Made by a program: the position numbers and the translations under genes
Shown here: in pieces, positions 32,180 through 41,907 of the stretch
How the letters are laid out: each line of letters begins with the position of its first letter
Numbering within the stretch: the first letter of the stretch is position 1
DNA from: a virus
Lineage: Duplodnaviria > Caudoviricetes
Length of the DNA stretch: 62,134 bases
Virus record (IMG/VR): IMGVR_UViG_3300037264_004886
Span: 1-62,134 of that record
Strand: one strand, 5' to 3'
The notes under the pieces: model-generated
Seen by the model: the letters and a program-made list of their open reading frames with translations, nothing else
Database searches by the model: none
Told to the model about the DNA's origin: nothing

Positions 32180-32737
32180 ATGACACCCGAAGAACTAAAA
32201 ACGATCTTAGAAAATCATTTGAAATGGCTGAATGATGAGCCGGATGGAGAGAAAGCCAACCTGAGTTCCGCCGACCTGAGTTTCGCCAACCTGAGTTCCG
32301 CCAACCTGCGTTTCGCCAACCTGAGTTCCGCCAACCTGAGTTCCGCCGACCTGCGTTCCGCCAACCTGAGTTCCGCCAACCTGCGTTTCGCCGACCTGAG
32401 TTTCGCCAACCTGAGTTCCGCCAACCTGAGTTCCGCCAACCTGCGTTTCGCCGACCTGAGTTTCGCCAACCTGAGTTCCGCCAACCTGAGTTCCGCCGAC
32501 CTGCGTTTCGCCAACCTGCGTTTCGCCAACCTGCGTTCCGCCGACCTTGATTTTTCTTCCGGGTTCTCGTTTCAATGTTCATCATTCGGTGCAAAAATCG
32601 ATATCCGGCTTGGAGCACAGTTAGCCTATCATTTCTGCCGCATGGACACGAATGATCCGGAGGTTCAGGCAGCACAACGGGCGATCAAGGATTTGGCAAA
32701 CAAGTTTCACCGTGTAAAAGAATGCGGGGAAATTTAA
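32180..32737 (+). CDS. Pentapeptide-repeat protein
   Basis: A(N/D)L(S/R)(S/F) repeats encoded by 15-bp tandem repeats at ~32254-32547. Confidence 0.9.
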   Translation: MTPEELKTILENHLKWLNDEPDGEKANLSSADLSFANLSSANLRFANLSSANLSSADLRSANLSSANLRFADLSFANLSSANLSSANLRFADLSFANLSSANLSSADLRFANLRFANLRSADLDFSSGFSFQCSSFGAKIDIRLGAQLAYHFCRMDTNDPEVQAAQRAIKDLANKFHRVKECGEI

Positions 32738-32913
32738 ATGAACGACGCACCGTATCACTCGAAGCGCGTACCAGTTACCTGCCCGGTATGCGGAGGAATC
32801 AAGACACTCATGCCATCAGAGTACAAGAAGGTAGTGAAAGGGATACGCGGGCGGTGCTGTTCACCGAAATGCGTGGCGATATTGAGAGCACAGAAGCGCA
32901 GAGAGGCAAAAGC

Positions 32914-33495
32914 ATGAAAGTACTTATCGCTTGCGAATTTTCGGGCATTGTCCGAGAGGCATTCCATCAGCGCGGACATTCTGCCACAAGCGCGGACATT
33001 CTGCCAACTGAGATCCCTGGAGATCATTACCAGGGAGATGTTCGGGATATTCTTAACGATGGGTGGGATCTGATGATTGCCCATCCGCCATGCACGTATC
33101 TTTGTGCCGGCGGTCATAACTGGATGAACAGGCGCCCAGAGTGGATACCAAACCGAATAAAAGCACTTGATTTTGTGTGTTCACTCCTTAATGCACCAAT
33201 TGAAAAGTTAGCCCTTGAAAACCCCATTGGCGTAATATCATCCCAAATTAGGAAACCCGATCAGATTTTGCGAGCATGGCAATTCGGGCACCCTTATAAA
33301 AAAGATATTTGTCTCTGGTTGAAAAATCTCCCGAAATTAATTCCTCTCGTAACTGAAAAACCAGAGGACTTAAAAACATTTGATTTTTGGTCAACAAATC
33401 GGTTCACAAAAACGGGAGGAAACAAGAAATCAATCACGTTCCAAGGTTTTGCTGATGTAATGGCGGATCAATGGGGTGGAATCGATGGGACATAA
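32914..33495 (+). CDS. Putative C5 cytosine DNA methyltransferase (phage type)
   Basis: VLIACEFSG, AHPPCTYL, LENP motifs. Confidence 0.7.
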   Translation: MKVLIACEFSGIVREAFHQRGHSATSADILPTEIPGDHYQGDVRDILNDGWDLMIAHPPCTYLCAGGHNWMNRRPEWIPNRIKALDFVCSLLNAPIEKLALENPIGVISSQIRKPDQILRAWQFGHPYKKDICLWLKNLPKLIPLVTEKPEDLKTFDFWSTNRFTKTGGNKKSITFQGFADVMADQWGGIDGT

Positions 33496-33612
33496 AGGAT
33501 ATCGGGCGCGTCGAACGGTGCAGCAACAGTGTAAGGCAGTCCGGCAAGGCAGAGCGAGCCGGTGGACAGCCATGTATCCGGTGGAAGAAGCGATCCGGAA
33601 GGCTGGTTTAGC

Positions 33613-34212
33613 ATGACTGACGGCAGCGTATCAAACCCGGCAGCTCGAGCAACAACCGGGCGCAGGAAAGGATTGGCAAAGGCATGGCGCAGTACGGAAT
33701 GGGTTGAGCAGAAAGCAGTATTCTTAAAAGAGCATCCGTATTGTGAAATGCACATGTTATCAGCGAAGTCCGGTGAAGTGTTGGCAACTATACCGCACCA
33801 TCCGTTTAAGACTTCGTATAAAGAAGGATACACAGATTTAGAACTCAGCCAGTGTGTAGCGTTGTGCGTAAAGTGCCATTTCGCAACTCATCACGGTATG
33901 ACACTCTGTAAAACGTGTGCTGAGCATTACCATCCCTGGGACGCACCGGAATGTAAACGGTGTAACGACAAACGGCATCCAGAGCTCGTAGTGAAGCGGG
34001 AAGCAGCCAGGGCAGAGCATGACAAGGCATTGAGAGAGAAGAAAGCAATGCAGGCACAAAAGCGGAAAGAGCAGAAAAGCAAATCGCGGTGTAAGTTCTT
34101 CGGTGCCGGGCAGAAGTGCCGGTTCCGGGCAGGTGCAAAGTGTCCACATGCACCTACTAAGGCGCCGGTGAATTGTGTGGACTTTGAAGCGAAGAAAGGA
34201 GTAAAAAAATGA
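33613..34212 (+). CDS. HNH-like nuclease with extra Zn-binding motifs
   Basis: W...K..FL.EHPYCE...HH...ALCVKCH. Confidence 0.6.
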   Translation: MTDGSVSNPAARATTGRRKGLAKAWRSTEWVEQKAVFLKEHPYCEMHMLSAKSGEVLATIPHHPFKTSYKEGYTDLELSQCVALCVKCHFATHHGMTLCKTCAEHYHPWDAPECKRCNDKRHPELVVKREAARAEHDKALREKKAMQAQKRKEQKSKSRCKFFGAGQKCRFRAGAKCPHAPTKAPVNCVDFEAKKGVKK

Positions 34213-34372
34213 CACTCAAAAAACCAGAATGTTGTGAAGGGTGTTTCTATAACTATGAATGGAAACGGTGCGAGTTGGGGATTGATACGCCACACACAAC
34301 AGATCATGTCTGTGATAACGTCTGTCAAAGTAAAGGCGAGTGCCTATTCCACAATCCAAACGAGGTAACGGT

Positions 34373-34753
34373 ATGACCGAAATTATTTTCACGACCCGGC
34401 AACAGGTGATCAACTTCCTGAAATCCCGCAATCAAGAAGATTGTGAGATCAGATGGACATGCCCGGAATGTAAGACTGTCAATTTGGGCGCGTATTATTC
34501 TCACTCATCACCATGCGGGGGGTGTAAGGAGTTTGTATTCCCGCGCCTGAATCCGGCAAAACTTCTTGAAGATGCCAGCGAGGTCGCAGAACTCGTAAAG
34601 TACCGAAGCTCTCTGCTTGACCGGATTGAACGGAAAAAAGAGATCGCCTCTGATCTTCGCTCGGAGTTGGCAGATGAAGAAAGTGAGATCCGCGAATTAA
34701 AAGATGAGTTGCGGCAACTCGAAAAATGCAAGGTTGAACAGGTAAAGTGGTGA
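34373..34753 (+). CDS. Zn-ribbon plus coiled-coil protein
   Basis: WTCPEC..CGGC followed by heptads. Confidence 0.55.
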   Translation: MTEIIFTTRQQVINFLKSRNQEDCEIRWTCPECKTVNLGAYYSHSSPCGGCKEFVFPRLNPAKLLEDASEVAELVKYRSSLLDRIERKKEIASDLRSELADEESEIRELKDELRQLEKCKVEQVKW

Positions 34754-35112
34754 ATGAATGAAAGTCAGAAACAAGGAAACAAACGAGATTTTCGAGGATG
34801 TTGGTAGTTTCGTCCTTGACGCTCAAAAAAGGTACAAGCGGATGGAAGATTTGATTTTTTGCGATATTGAGTGCATGTTACAAGATCCAGAGGACGAAAA
34901 CTGTTATTATGTGCTTGATGAATGCGGGAACTGGTCTTATTTCCCGACAGATCTCTATGAGGTAGTGGAATGAACGTCTGTCCACTTACAAAAACAGAGT
35001 GTATCAAGTGTACTCCAATGGAGATATCTCGTGAAACACTGTGCTTATTCTTCAAACATGCAAAAACTATCGAAAGAATGCGAAAATGCCCGTATGGGCG
35101 GGACGTGAAACG

Positions 35113-35595
35113 ATGACCGACAAGCAAGAACCGGAATACATCATCAGAGAGGAGGATCTATCATGCCTTTCGGATTATATCGAAGCGGCATTGGTGGGGG
35201 ATGAATCAAAAGTAAGACTTCGGGAACTATTCAATCAGGAATTTTCGGTAATACGATCCCGTCAATATCATCCCGCACCGGAACAAAACACTACAATCGA
35301 AAAACCAGTTGGATTTTTCGTTTCATTACATCAATGGGGATTATTGCGTTCTCCAAGTATCTCTGAAGAAAGGAAGATTGAACTTGCCAATGAGATCACC
35401 CGAAATCAGAAGTGTGTCGATTGTCCAAATGAAAGTAGGATCCGGCAATCCGAGCGGGAGAAAGCGTTTGAAGAACTAAAGGACGATTTAAAAACCCGAT
35501 TTATAGCATCAAGTAATCAATGGTCAAAAGGTCGGAACTCTGGATTGATTGAATGTTGTAACATAATTGATGAATCCCTGCGGAAGGTGGAGTAA
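35113..35595 (+). CDS. Hypothetical protein; C-terminus shared with 36762-37076
   Basis: IRQSEREK...ESLRKVE present in both. Confidence 0.55.
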   Translation: MTDKQEPEYIIREEDLSCLSDYIEAALVGDESKVRLRELFNQEFSVIRSRQYHPAPEQNTTIEKPVGFFVSLHQWGLLRSPSISEERKIELANEITRNQKCVDCPNESRIRQSEREKAFEELKDDLKTRFIASSNQWSKGRNSGLIECCNIIDESLRKVE

Positions 35596-35753
35596 ATGAA
35601 CCTATCAGAATGTGTAAGAATACACAGGATGCGATTAACGGCACTATTGAACCAGTATGCTGAAGGAAAAATCTCACACCAGAAAATGTATGCGATATTA
35701 CGCAGATGGGAGAGAGAGATATGAAAAAGAAACACAGAGAAGCGATGATCGCT
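35572..35753 (+). repeat. 182-bp direct repeat, copy 1 (copy 2 at 37053-37234)
   Basis: Identical by eye; each copy contains the 42-aa ORF MNLSECVRIHRMRL... Confidence 0.95.
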
Positions 35754-35794
35754 ATGGGAATCGAAGTCGAGACAGGAGAGGGGGCGACGGCAGA

Positions 35795-36550
35795 ATGAGG
35801 ATCATCTACGAGCCCCGGGGCCGTGCTCTGGAGTATGCCCCGCTCGCGGTCTCCCTGTATCGCGGCTGCCCGCATGGGTGCACGTACTGCTTCGTGCCGG
35901 AAAGCACAAAAACGGACCGCGAGAAGTTTCTGCAACCTTATCCACGAAAGGATGCGCTCTCACTCTTGAGGAAAGACTGTGAAGAACTGGTGCGGGCCGG
36001 GGATACGCGCGAAATTCTCATGAGTTTTACGACCGATCCATACCAACCGCTCGACGTTGACCACAAACTCACGCGATCGGCGATCCAGATCCTGATCGAT
36101 TATTCCCGCCCATTTACCATCCTGACAAAAGGTGGACTGCGAAGCACGCGAGATTTTGATCTCCTTGTCACCCGCCCGGACCTTTGCCGGTATGCGACGA
36201 CACTCACATGCAGCAATATAAATACCGAAGCAAAGTGGGAACCGTTTGCAGCAACATACAAGCAACGGCTCGACGCCCTAATAGAAGCCCACAAGCGAGG
36301 GATTAGGACATGGGTAAGCATCGAACCGGTAATCGATCCCGAACAATCCCTCGCGCTTATCAGTATGACACACGCCCTCGGTTGTGTCGATCTCTACCGT
36401 ATCGGTACGCTGAATCATGAGACGTTACCATACCCTAAGCAATCACTTTATGAATTCGTAAAAAAGGTTAAACTGATCCTCGAAGATACCGATCACATTT
36501 TCAAGAAAGACCTCCAGCCGTACCTGAAGACAGCGGGGGTGCCAGATTGA
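35795..36550 (+). CDS. Radical SAM protein (SplB-like superfamily)
   Basis: YRGCPHGCTYCF; TDPYQP; ILTK; WVSIEP. Confidence 0.85.
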   Translation: MRIIYEPRGRALEYAPLAVSLYRGCPHGCTYCFVPESTKTDREKFLQPYPRKDALSLLRKDCEELVRAGDTREILMSFTTDPYQPLDVDHKLTRSAIQILIDYSRPFTILTKGGLRSTRDFDLLVTRPDLCRYATTLTCSNINTEAKWEPFAATYKQRLDALIEAHKRGIRTWVSIEPVIDPEQSLALISMTHALGCVDLYRIGTLNHETLPYPKQSLYEFVKKVKLILEDTDHIFKKDLQPYLKTAGVPD

Positions 36551-36761
36551 GCCAGCGGACGCTCGAAGGAAAAACCGATTGCCGGAAAGAAACGAGGGGG
36601 GCAATCCGGATCCGGATGTCTCCAGCTGCAAAAGAGGAGTTCCCGGAAATCTGTGACGGCATAAAAGAAGTTCATCGAAAATACCCATGCATCAAGATCT
36701 CGGTGAATGGGAAGAAATTACATGAGGAACCGAAAGATTTCAATAAAACCATGGAGGCATC

Positions 36762-37076
36762 ATGAAACCCGACCCCCTCACCTGCATCGTCTGCGGCGCA
36801 AAGATCCCCTGCATAACAGAACGGAAACTCGCAATCAATGATATCACTCCCGATAGTGATGATTTTTCCCGGTTGGATCTCTCTATTGAAACCGGAGATT
36901 TAATTTGTATTTATCGTGGAGAGAATGTAATATCTGAACAGGGCATCCGGCAATCCGAGCGGGAGAAAGTGCTGGATGAATTACGAGATTGGTCATACAC
37001 TATAATGGTGAATAACTGTGCATTGGCAGCGATGGCAATGAGGGATAAGATAGAATCCCTGCGGAAGGTGGAGTAA
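36762..37076 (+). CDS. Hypothetical protein
   Basis: GGAGG RBS; CxxC. Confidence 0.55.
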   Translation: MKPDPLTCIVCGAKIPCITERKLAINDITPDSDDFSRLDLSIETGDLICIYRGENVISEQGIRQSEREKVLDELRDWSYTIMVNNCALAAMAMRDKIESLRKVE

Positions 37077-37234
37077 ATGAACCTATCAGAATGTGTAAGA
37101 ATACACAGGATGCGATTAACGGCACTATTGAACCAGTATGCTGAAGGAAAAATCTCACACCAGAAAATGTATGCGATATTACGCAGATGGGAGAGAGAGA
37201 TATGAAAAAGAAACACAGAGAAGCGATGATCGCT
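37053..37234 (+). repeat. 182-bp direct repeat, copy 2
   Basis: Matches 35572-35753. Confidence 0.95.
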
Positions 37235-38125
37235 TATGGATTGAAGATCGCGGCACATGAAGAGCTGCTCCGGCGGCACAAGATATGTCTTGATGTACAC
37301 AATGTGCGGTTTGGGGATGCAAAGGTTGCTTACAACTCTTGCATGACGAGGCTTGCGGTGCACGATGAAGAAATTGAAGCACTATCAGAAGATGATCCGC
37401 TTGAAATCGGATACAGACAAGACATGTTCCAGAGAGTGAAGGTTCTGGAAGGTATGATGGTTCCGAAAGAAGGTCAGGCAGCTCGAAGGTTTTGGCAAAT
37501 TCCCGATCAGCGATTCGTGATATTAGAACAACAGATCAAAACGATTGAAGGCATCTTGAATAACACTCCATTCAGTTCGGTGCTGATGAAAGAATTGGTC
37601 AATAGAGTTACCGCTCTGGAAGGGGATCGCCACACATTCCTTCCGCATCAACACATCGGAGTAGAGGATCGGATTAAGGTGCTGGAAGAAAACTCCATTC
37701 CTGTAAAATACATCAAAAAAGAATGTAATACCTATCATGACGAAGTGAAGGTTATCTGGGAAAAACACGAAACACGTATCACTGCGGTTGAAGATGCATG
37801 GCGACAATCGCAGAAAACGGAAGGGAAAATTATCGACATTGCCAGTAGGAGAGAAGTAGTCGTTGAAACACTCCAGCAGCAGATCAAGGAAATCAACTCA
37901 CGACTCACGGCACTCACCAACAAATACCTCGAGCTGAGACCAACGCAGAAGAAACAACCAAAAACCGTGCTTGAATGGGGAATGGGAACAGCACCACCAG
38001 CACCGGACACTCCACAAGTAAACCTGCTTGCTGTGAAGAAGAGCAGACCCCGGAAGAAGAAAGCAGCATTAAACGCAGAGAAAGAATATAAGAGGATTAT
38101 GAAACACGGAGCGAGTGTGGGGTGA
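37202..38125 (+). CDS. Coiled-coil protein
   Basis: Repeated R(V/I)..LE heptads. Confidence 0.6.
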   Translation: MKKKHREAMIAYGLKIAAHEELLRRHKICLDVHNVRFGDAKVAYNSCMTRLAVHDEEIEALSEDDPLEIGYRQDMFQRVKVLEGMMVPKEGQAARRFWQIPDQRFVILEQQIKTIEGILNNTPFSSVLMKELVNRVTALEGDRHTFLPHQHIGVEDRIKVLEENSIPVKYIKKECNTYHDEVKVIWEKHETRITAVEDAWRQSQKTEGKIIDIASRREVVVETLQQQIKEINSRLTALTNKYLELRPTQKKQPKTVLEWGMGTAPPAPDTPQVNLLAVKKSRPRKKKAALNAEKEYKRIMKHGASVG

Positions 38126-38501
38126 AGTGAGATGGCAGGTTACATTATTCCGATAACAACCGATGATAAATTCCCCCCACCTGGCTGTCCGTGCAACAAA
38201 TACGTCAACTGTCAGGAGTGCGTAGCAGCTCATAGTCTGATACGGTACGGGGTGGGCGGCAGTATCAAATCAACGTGTGCGCCGCCGGAAGGTGAGTGAG
38301 ATGACAGAACAAGAAGATTGGGAAATATACTTGCTCTGGTGTGATAAGTGTAATGAAGCAGCAGAGCAACAATACCGGGACGAAAGAGAAGGATGATGCC
38401 CGCGTGTTTTTTTCTATCCAACGGAGAATGTTTAATGAAAAAGATAGAGCCGAAATGGGGATGCAAACTCAGACGAAAAAATGGGGGGTGTGGGATGTTG
38501 G

Positions 38502-40373
38502 TTAAAAATCAAACGGGTTCTTCCCCCGGGGTTTATACCCTCGCGGAATCCCCACAACTTTCCCAAGTCCTTTAATCATCGGGTTCCGGGATATCCGAAT
38601 GTTAATATCACCGCTCTTACCTTTCTTTTTAGCAGGAGTGGTTGGTTTCTTTGGAGTGGGTTTCGGTCTTCGCTCTCCCAATCCTGCGAACGGGTCCCCG
38701 AACGCCCCTGCCCGTCCCAACCCCGCCAGCGGGTCCGGATGTGCTCCGCGCCTGGGTGCAATTCCACCCATGAAGTTGTCCATTCCCCCGGGCGATCCAC
38801 CGAAACTGCGAGGCGACGGCATATACGCTTTACCCGGGTTATACGACGGTGCTTTGAACGCACCCCGGCTCTCTTTGTTGGACCGCGGGCGACCGGGTGG
38901 GTTCGATTGGTGCGGCATTGCTTTTCGTAACCGTTGCTGCTGTTCGGCTTCGTGGATTTTGCGTTCCATCGCGGTATCTTTTGCCATACTACGCGCTTCT
39001 CTTTCTGCTGCTGTGGGCGCAACGGTTTTTCTGATGGTTTCTTTTACTCCAGTAACGAGTTTATCAGAAGTTTTACCGATTACCTGAACAGGTTTTGATT
39101 TTGCAAGTTGCTGTCCGGTCGACAACCCTTCTTTTACCTGGCGTTGCTGAGCGCGAATAGATCGCTGGTCGGCAATTTCTTTATCGATCTTACCTTGTGC
39201 CAGCGCGTCTTGAATTTCTTTGTTGCGCTTTACACGTTTCGCGTTCGCTTCGTCTGCTCTTTGCTGTGCTTGCATTTCAGATTCTTGCTGTGCCCGGTAC
39301 GCTGCCTCTTCGCGCTTTTCTTTGCTGTCTTCGAGTTTGTCTCTGATTGCATCCAGAAAACCCATCATCTACCCCCGTCTAAAGACGTTACTGTCCCGGG
39401 CGCTCGCAACCAGTCTCTTTGCGTCCGGTAGTGCAAGTGCTTTACCCTGTGCGTTCACGCCACGCATCCGCACCTGGGGGACTTTGATTTTCTGAACTTG
39501 TAGTTTGTTCCCGTCCGGTGCTTTGAATACAGTTTTCCATTTGTTGGTTAATGCTACCATTTTCTTTTACCTCCACATTTTTTTATGAAATGAAACCATC
39601 CCGCGTGAGCAGGGTTGGCGTTCGACATCCGACCAATCTTCGCTGTTCCCAACTTCTTTTGAAGAATAGTCTCGTTTCTCTCCAAACCAATATCTCGGGG
39701 TGGTTGACGACAACATTACGATCTCCCCCGTTTTTTTGTTTTGTTTAGATCGTTGAACTGGCATTCTCTACCTCCTCTTAGCTACATTCAGGGCGAAGTT
39801 CGCCCTGTATTTCGTCTTGGTGTCAATCACAACACCGCCCACCTGCCCGCCAATCGGTGTCTGTACGATTTGCCGGAGTAGACTGGTCGGCACGGGCGCT
39901 TGGTCGGAGATCCCGAACTGTGCTTTCAGCGCTCGCTGTTTCGGTAGGGACTTACCGGACCCGAACCCGAAGTTCGAGCCGCCCCCTCGCCCAAACATGT
40001 CGCCGGGAATGGGAGTCATGGCGACTTCGGGATTGCGTTCATCAGTCCAACGGCAATACCGCCAACCATACCGATTTTGGCGACATCCACGATTCCGTTT
40101 GCCAGGTTGTCCATCCCACCAGTCTGCGGTTTCATAGCGTATGGGTTCCTGCGTGCCGGTGCCGGTCTCGGGCGTCTCGGGACTTCAAATGGATCAGAGA
40201 AATCAAACGGGTTCCGCCGGTACGGGTTTTTGGGTCTTGTAGGGTTCTTCATAGTCTTTCTCCTTTTACACCGATAACTTTTCTGTCGGCGTGTTCAATC
40301 ATCTCATGCATTTTCTCTTTGCTGGGAATACCAATCCCATACGGATTGTACCGTTTTTCTTTAGGAATTTGCA
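38502..40373 (-). other. Operon of small basic/Pro-Gly-rich proteins (38502-39368, 39369-39560, 39567-39764, 39768-40019, 40016-40252, ~40249-40373); candidate nucleoproteins
   Basis: Coupled ORFs, K/R-rich; NPFDF motif in two; TTTATATA promoter at ~40397-40404. Confidence 0.55.
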
Positions 40374-40415
40374 TAGTTGCTAATGAGAATAGAAAATATA
40401 TAAAGGTTATGTATT

Positions 40416-40680
40416 CCCAACCCCCGGGTGTGAACCGGGGGTTGGGGGGATGTTGTGCTGACTTGTGTGGTGCTGTGTCGTGCCGTGTTGCGCGGTGTAG
40501 TGGCGTGTCGTGATGTGCCGTGCCGTGGCGTGTTGTGTTGAATCAAACTTTCACTACCTCGTTTGACCGAAGTAATGAAATGTTGTGCTGACTTGTGTGG
40601 TGCTGTGTCGTGCCGTGTTGCGCGGTGTAGTGGCGTGTCGTGATGTGCCGTGGCGTGGCGTGGTGTGCAGTGTCGTGGCG
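40416..40680 (-). ncRNA. Two CAC+NN pentamer arrays (20 and 18 units), each followed by a hairpin; candidate guide RNAs
   Basis: Strict 5-nt period; 73-bp identity between 40450-40522 and 40580-40652; hairpins at 40549-40580 (two G.U pairs on the minus strand) and 40416-40447. Confidence 0.75.
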
Positions 40681-40688
40681 AAAAAATT

Positions 40689-41180
40689 TTATGCTACTAT
40701 GGGGTTAGCTTCCGATATCTGAACCGACTTTTTCAGTCCGAACCGTTTTGCCATTCTTGCTTTTCCCAGTATAGCGTTTCCAACAGTTTTGTTGTTTTCA
40801 AATACATCTTTTGTGTATTGCGGTAGTTCTTCAGAATGGGTTGTTTCGAGGTTTGTAGTTGCTTTAACCATTCTGCGGGTGCTACCGATAATTCGTTCTG
40901 TTTTGTTCGATGCGATTGTAATAGAGTTTTCAACCGAACTTAAAATGTATCCGTAGTTCGGTTTGTTTAAACACTCTCTGCCCAACCGTTTGCACGCGGT
41001 ATAGAACATTCCGCGATTCGCACCGGCTTTGATATCAAAGCTAAGTTCTTCTTTCAGTTCTTTATATGTTACCTCTTCCCCGTTCTTTTTGGCAAGAAGA
41101 TACGCTTCGAGTTTGAGGGTCTCTTCCGATGGGGTAAAAGTTGGTTTCTTTTTGGGTTTTGAATCTTCAGTGTATTTCAT
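40689..41180 (-). CDS. Putative winged-helix-like accessory protein of the RAMP operon
   Basis: GEEVTYKEL...GYIL pattern; between the RAMP gene and the arrays. Confidence 0.5.
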   Translation of the reverse strand: MKYTEDSKPKKKPTFTPSEETLKLEAYLLAKKNGEEVTYKELKEELSFDIKAGANRGMFYTACKRLGRECLNKPNYGYILSSVENSITIASNKTERIIGSTRRMVKATTNLETTHSEELPQYTKDVFENNKTVGNAILGKARMAKRFGLKKSVQISEANPIVA

Positions 41181-41185
41181 GAAAA

Positions 41186-41743
41186 TCACTTCCATTTTAT
41201 TGAAGTGACTTCAAACCGTCCGAAGTATCCACGGTTCCGAACCCGGAACGCACCCAGACCGATCAGGTTCCCGGCAGTCATTAAGACCTCTTCAAAGATT
41301 TCTTTGGTAATCATATCGTCAAGAATGATTACATCGGTTGAACCTTTCCATGCGTCGATAGTTGGGAAATGCCGGGTTACCTTTGACTTTCCGCCGATTG
41401 TTCCGTCGGAAGAGCAACGAATAGAACTTTTCTTTACGTCGTTGATATTGATTCCGAGCGGCATGTGGTTCGTTACAAGAATACCGGATTCAAAATGTTT
41501 CGTCCACGTTTCATTGCGGCGCCCGGGGATCTTCTTGTTTAAGAATTTACACGCCTCTTTGATAGCAATCGCAATCGCCATTGGGGGGATTGTAACAATT
41601 CCGTCTGGATCTACGTGGGCTTTGTTTTTCCATGTTCGCTCTTCCCACGCATCGGGCTGTTCGCCGTCGAGTTTTGGGGTGTTGTGGTATCTGGACTGTG
41701 CGTATGCAGACAATGATTTCAGGGTGATTGTACATGTTCTCAT
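41186..41743 (-). CDS. Stand-alone Cas7/RAMP-like RNA-binding protein
   Basis: N-terminal beta strand (ITLKSLS), IPPMAIAIAIKEA (cf. IPGSSLKGALR), C-terminal Gly loop AGNLIGLGAFRVRNRGYFGRFEV. Confidence 0.75.
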   Translation of the reverse strand: MRTCTITLKSLSAYAQSRYHNTPKLDGEQPDAWEERTWKNKAHVDPDGIVTIPPMAIAIAIKEACKFLNKKIPGRRNETWTKHFESGILVTNHMPLGININDVKKSSIRCSSDGTIGGKSKVTRHFPTIDAWKGSTDVIILDDMITKEIFEEVLMTAGNLIGLGAFRVRNRGYFGRFEVTSIKWK

Positions 41744-41869
41744 TTACTTTCCTCCAGTTTTTCCATCATATCCACACGCTCTACACTTTACCGAACCGTC
41801 TTTTCGGAAATAGATTGTTTTCCGTTTGCAGTTCGGACAAACCGGGATTTTAGTATCCTGTGTTGTCAT
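41744..41869 (-). CDS. 41-aa Zn-ribbon protein, first gene of the RAMP operon
   Basis: Manual translation MTTQDTKIPVCPNCKRKTIYFRKDGSVKCRACGYDGKTGGK; TATA about 25 bp upstream; stop abuts the RAMP ATG. Confidence 0.65.
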   Translation of the reverse strand: MTTQDTKIPVCPNCKRKTIYFRKDGSVKCRACGYDGKTGGK

Positions 41870-41907
41870 ACAAAGAGATTGGTTGTATTTGCATTTATAT
41901 TTATTTG

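Noticed and set aside
31893-32675. Antisense repeat ORFs (31893-32675, 32207-32575, 32215-32529)
   Set aside because: Shadows of the pentapeptide gene.
35572-37234. Diversity-generating retroelement TR/VR pair (also the 68-bp capsid repeat)
   Set aside because: No reverse transcriptase and no adenine-specific mismatches.
40361-40546. ORF MIQHNTPRHGTSRH...
   Set aside because: By-product of the pentamer repeat; the same applies to 5370-5570.
40416-40680. Classical CRISPR array
   Set aside because: No 25-40-bp repeats separated by unique spacers; the period is 5 nt.
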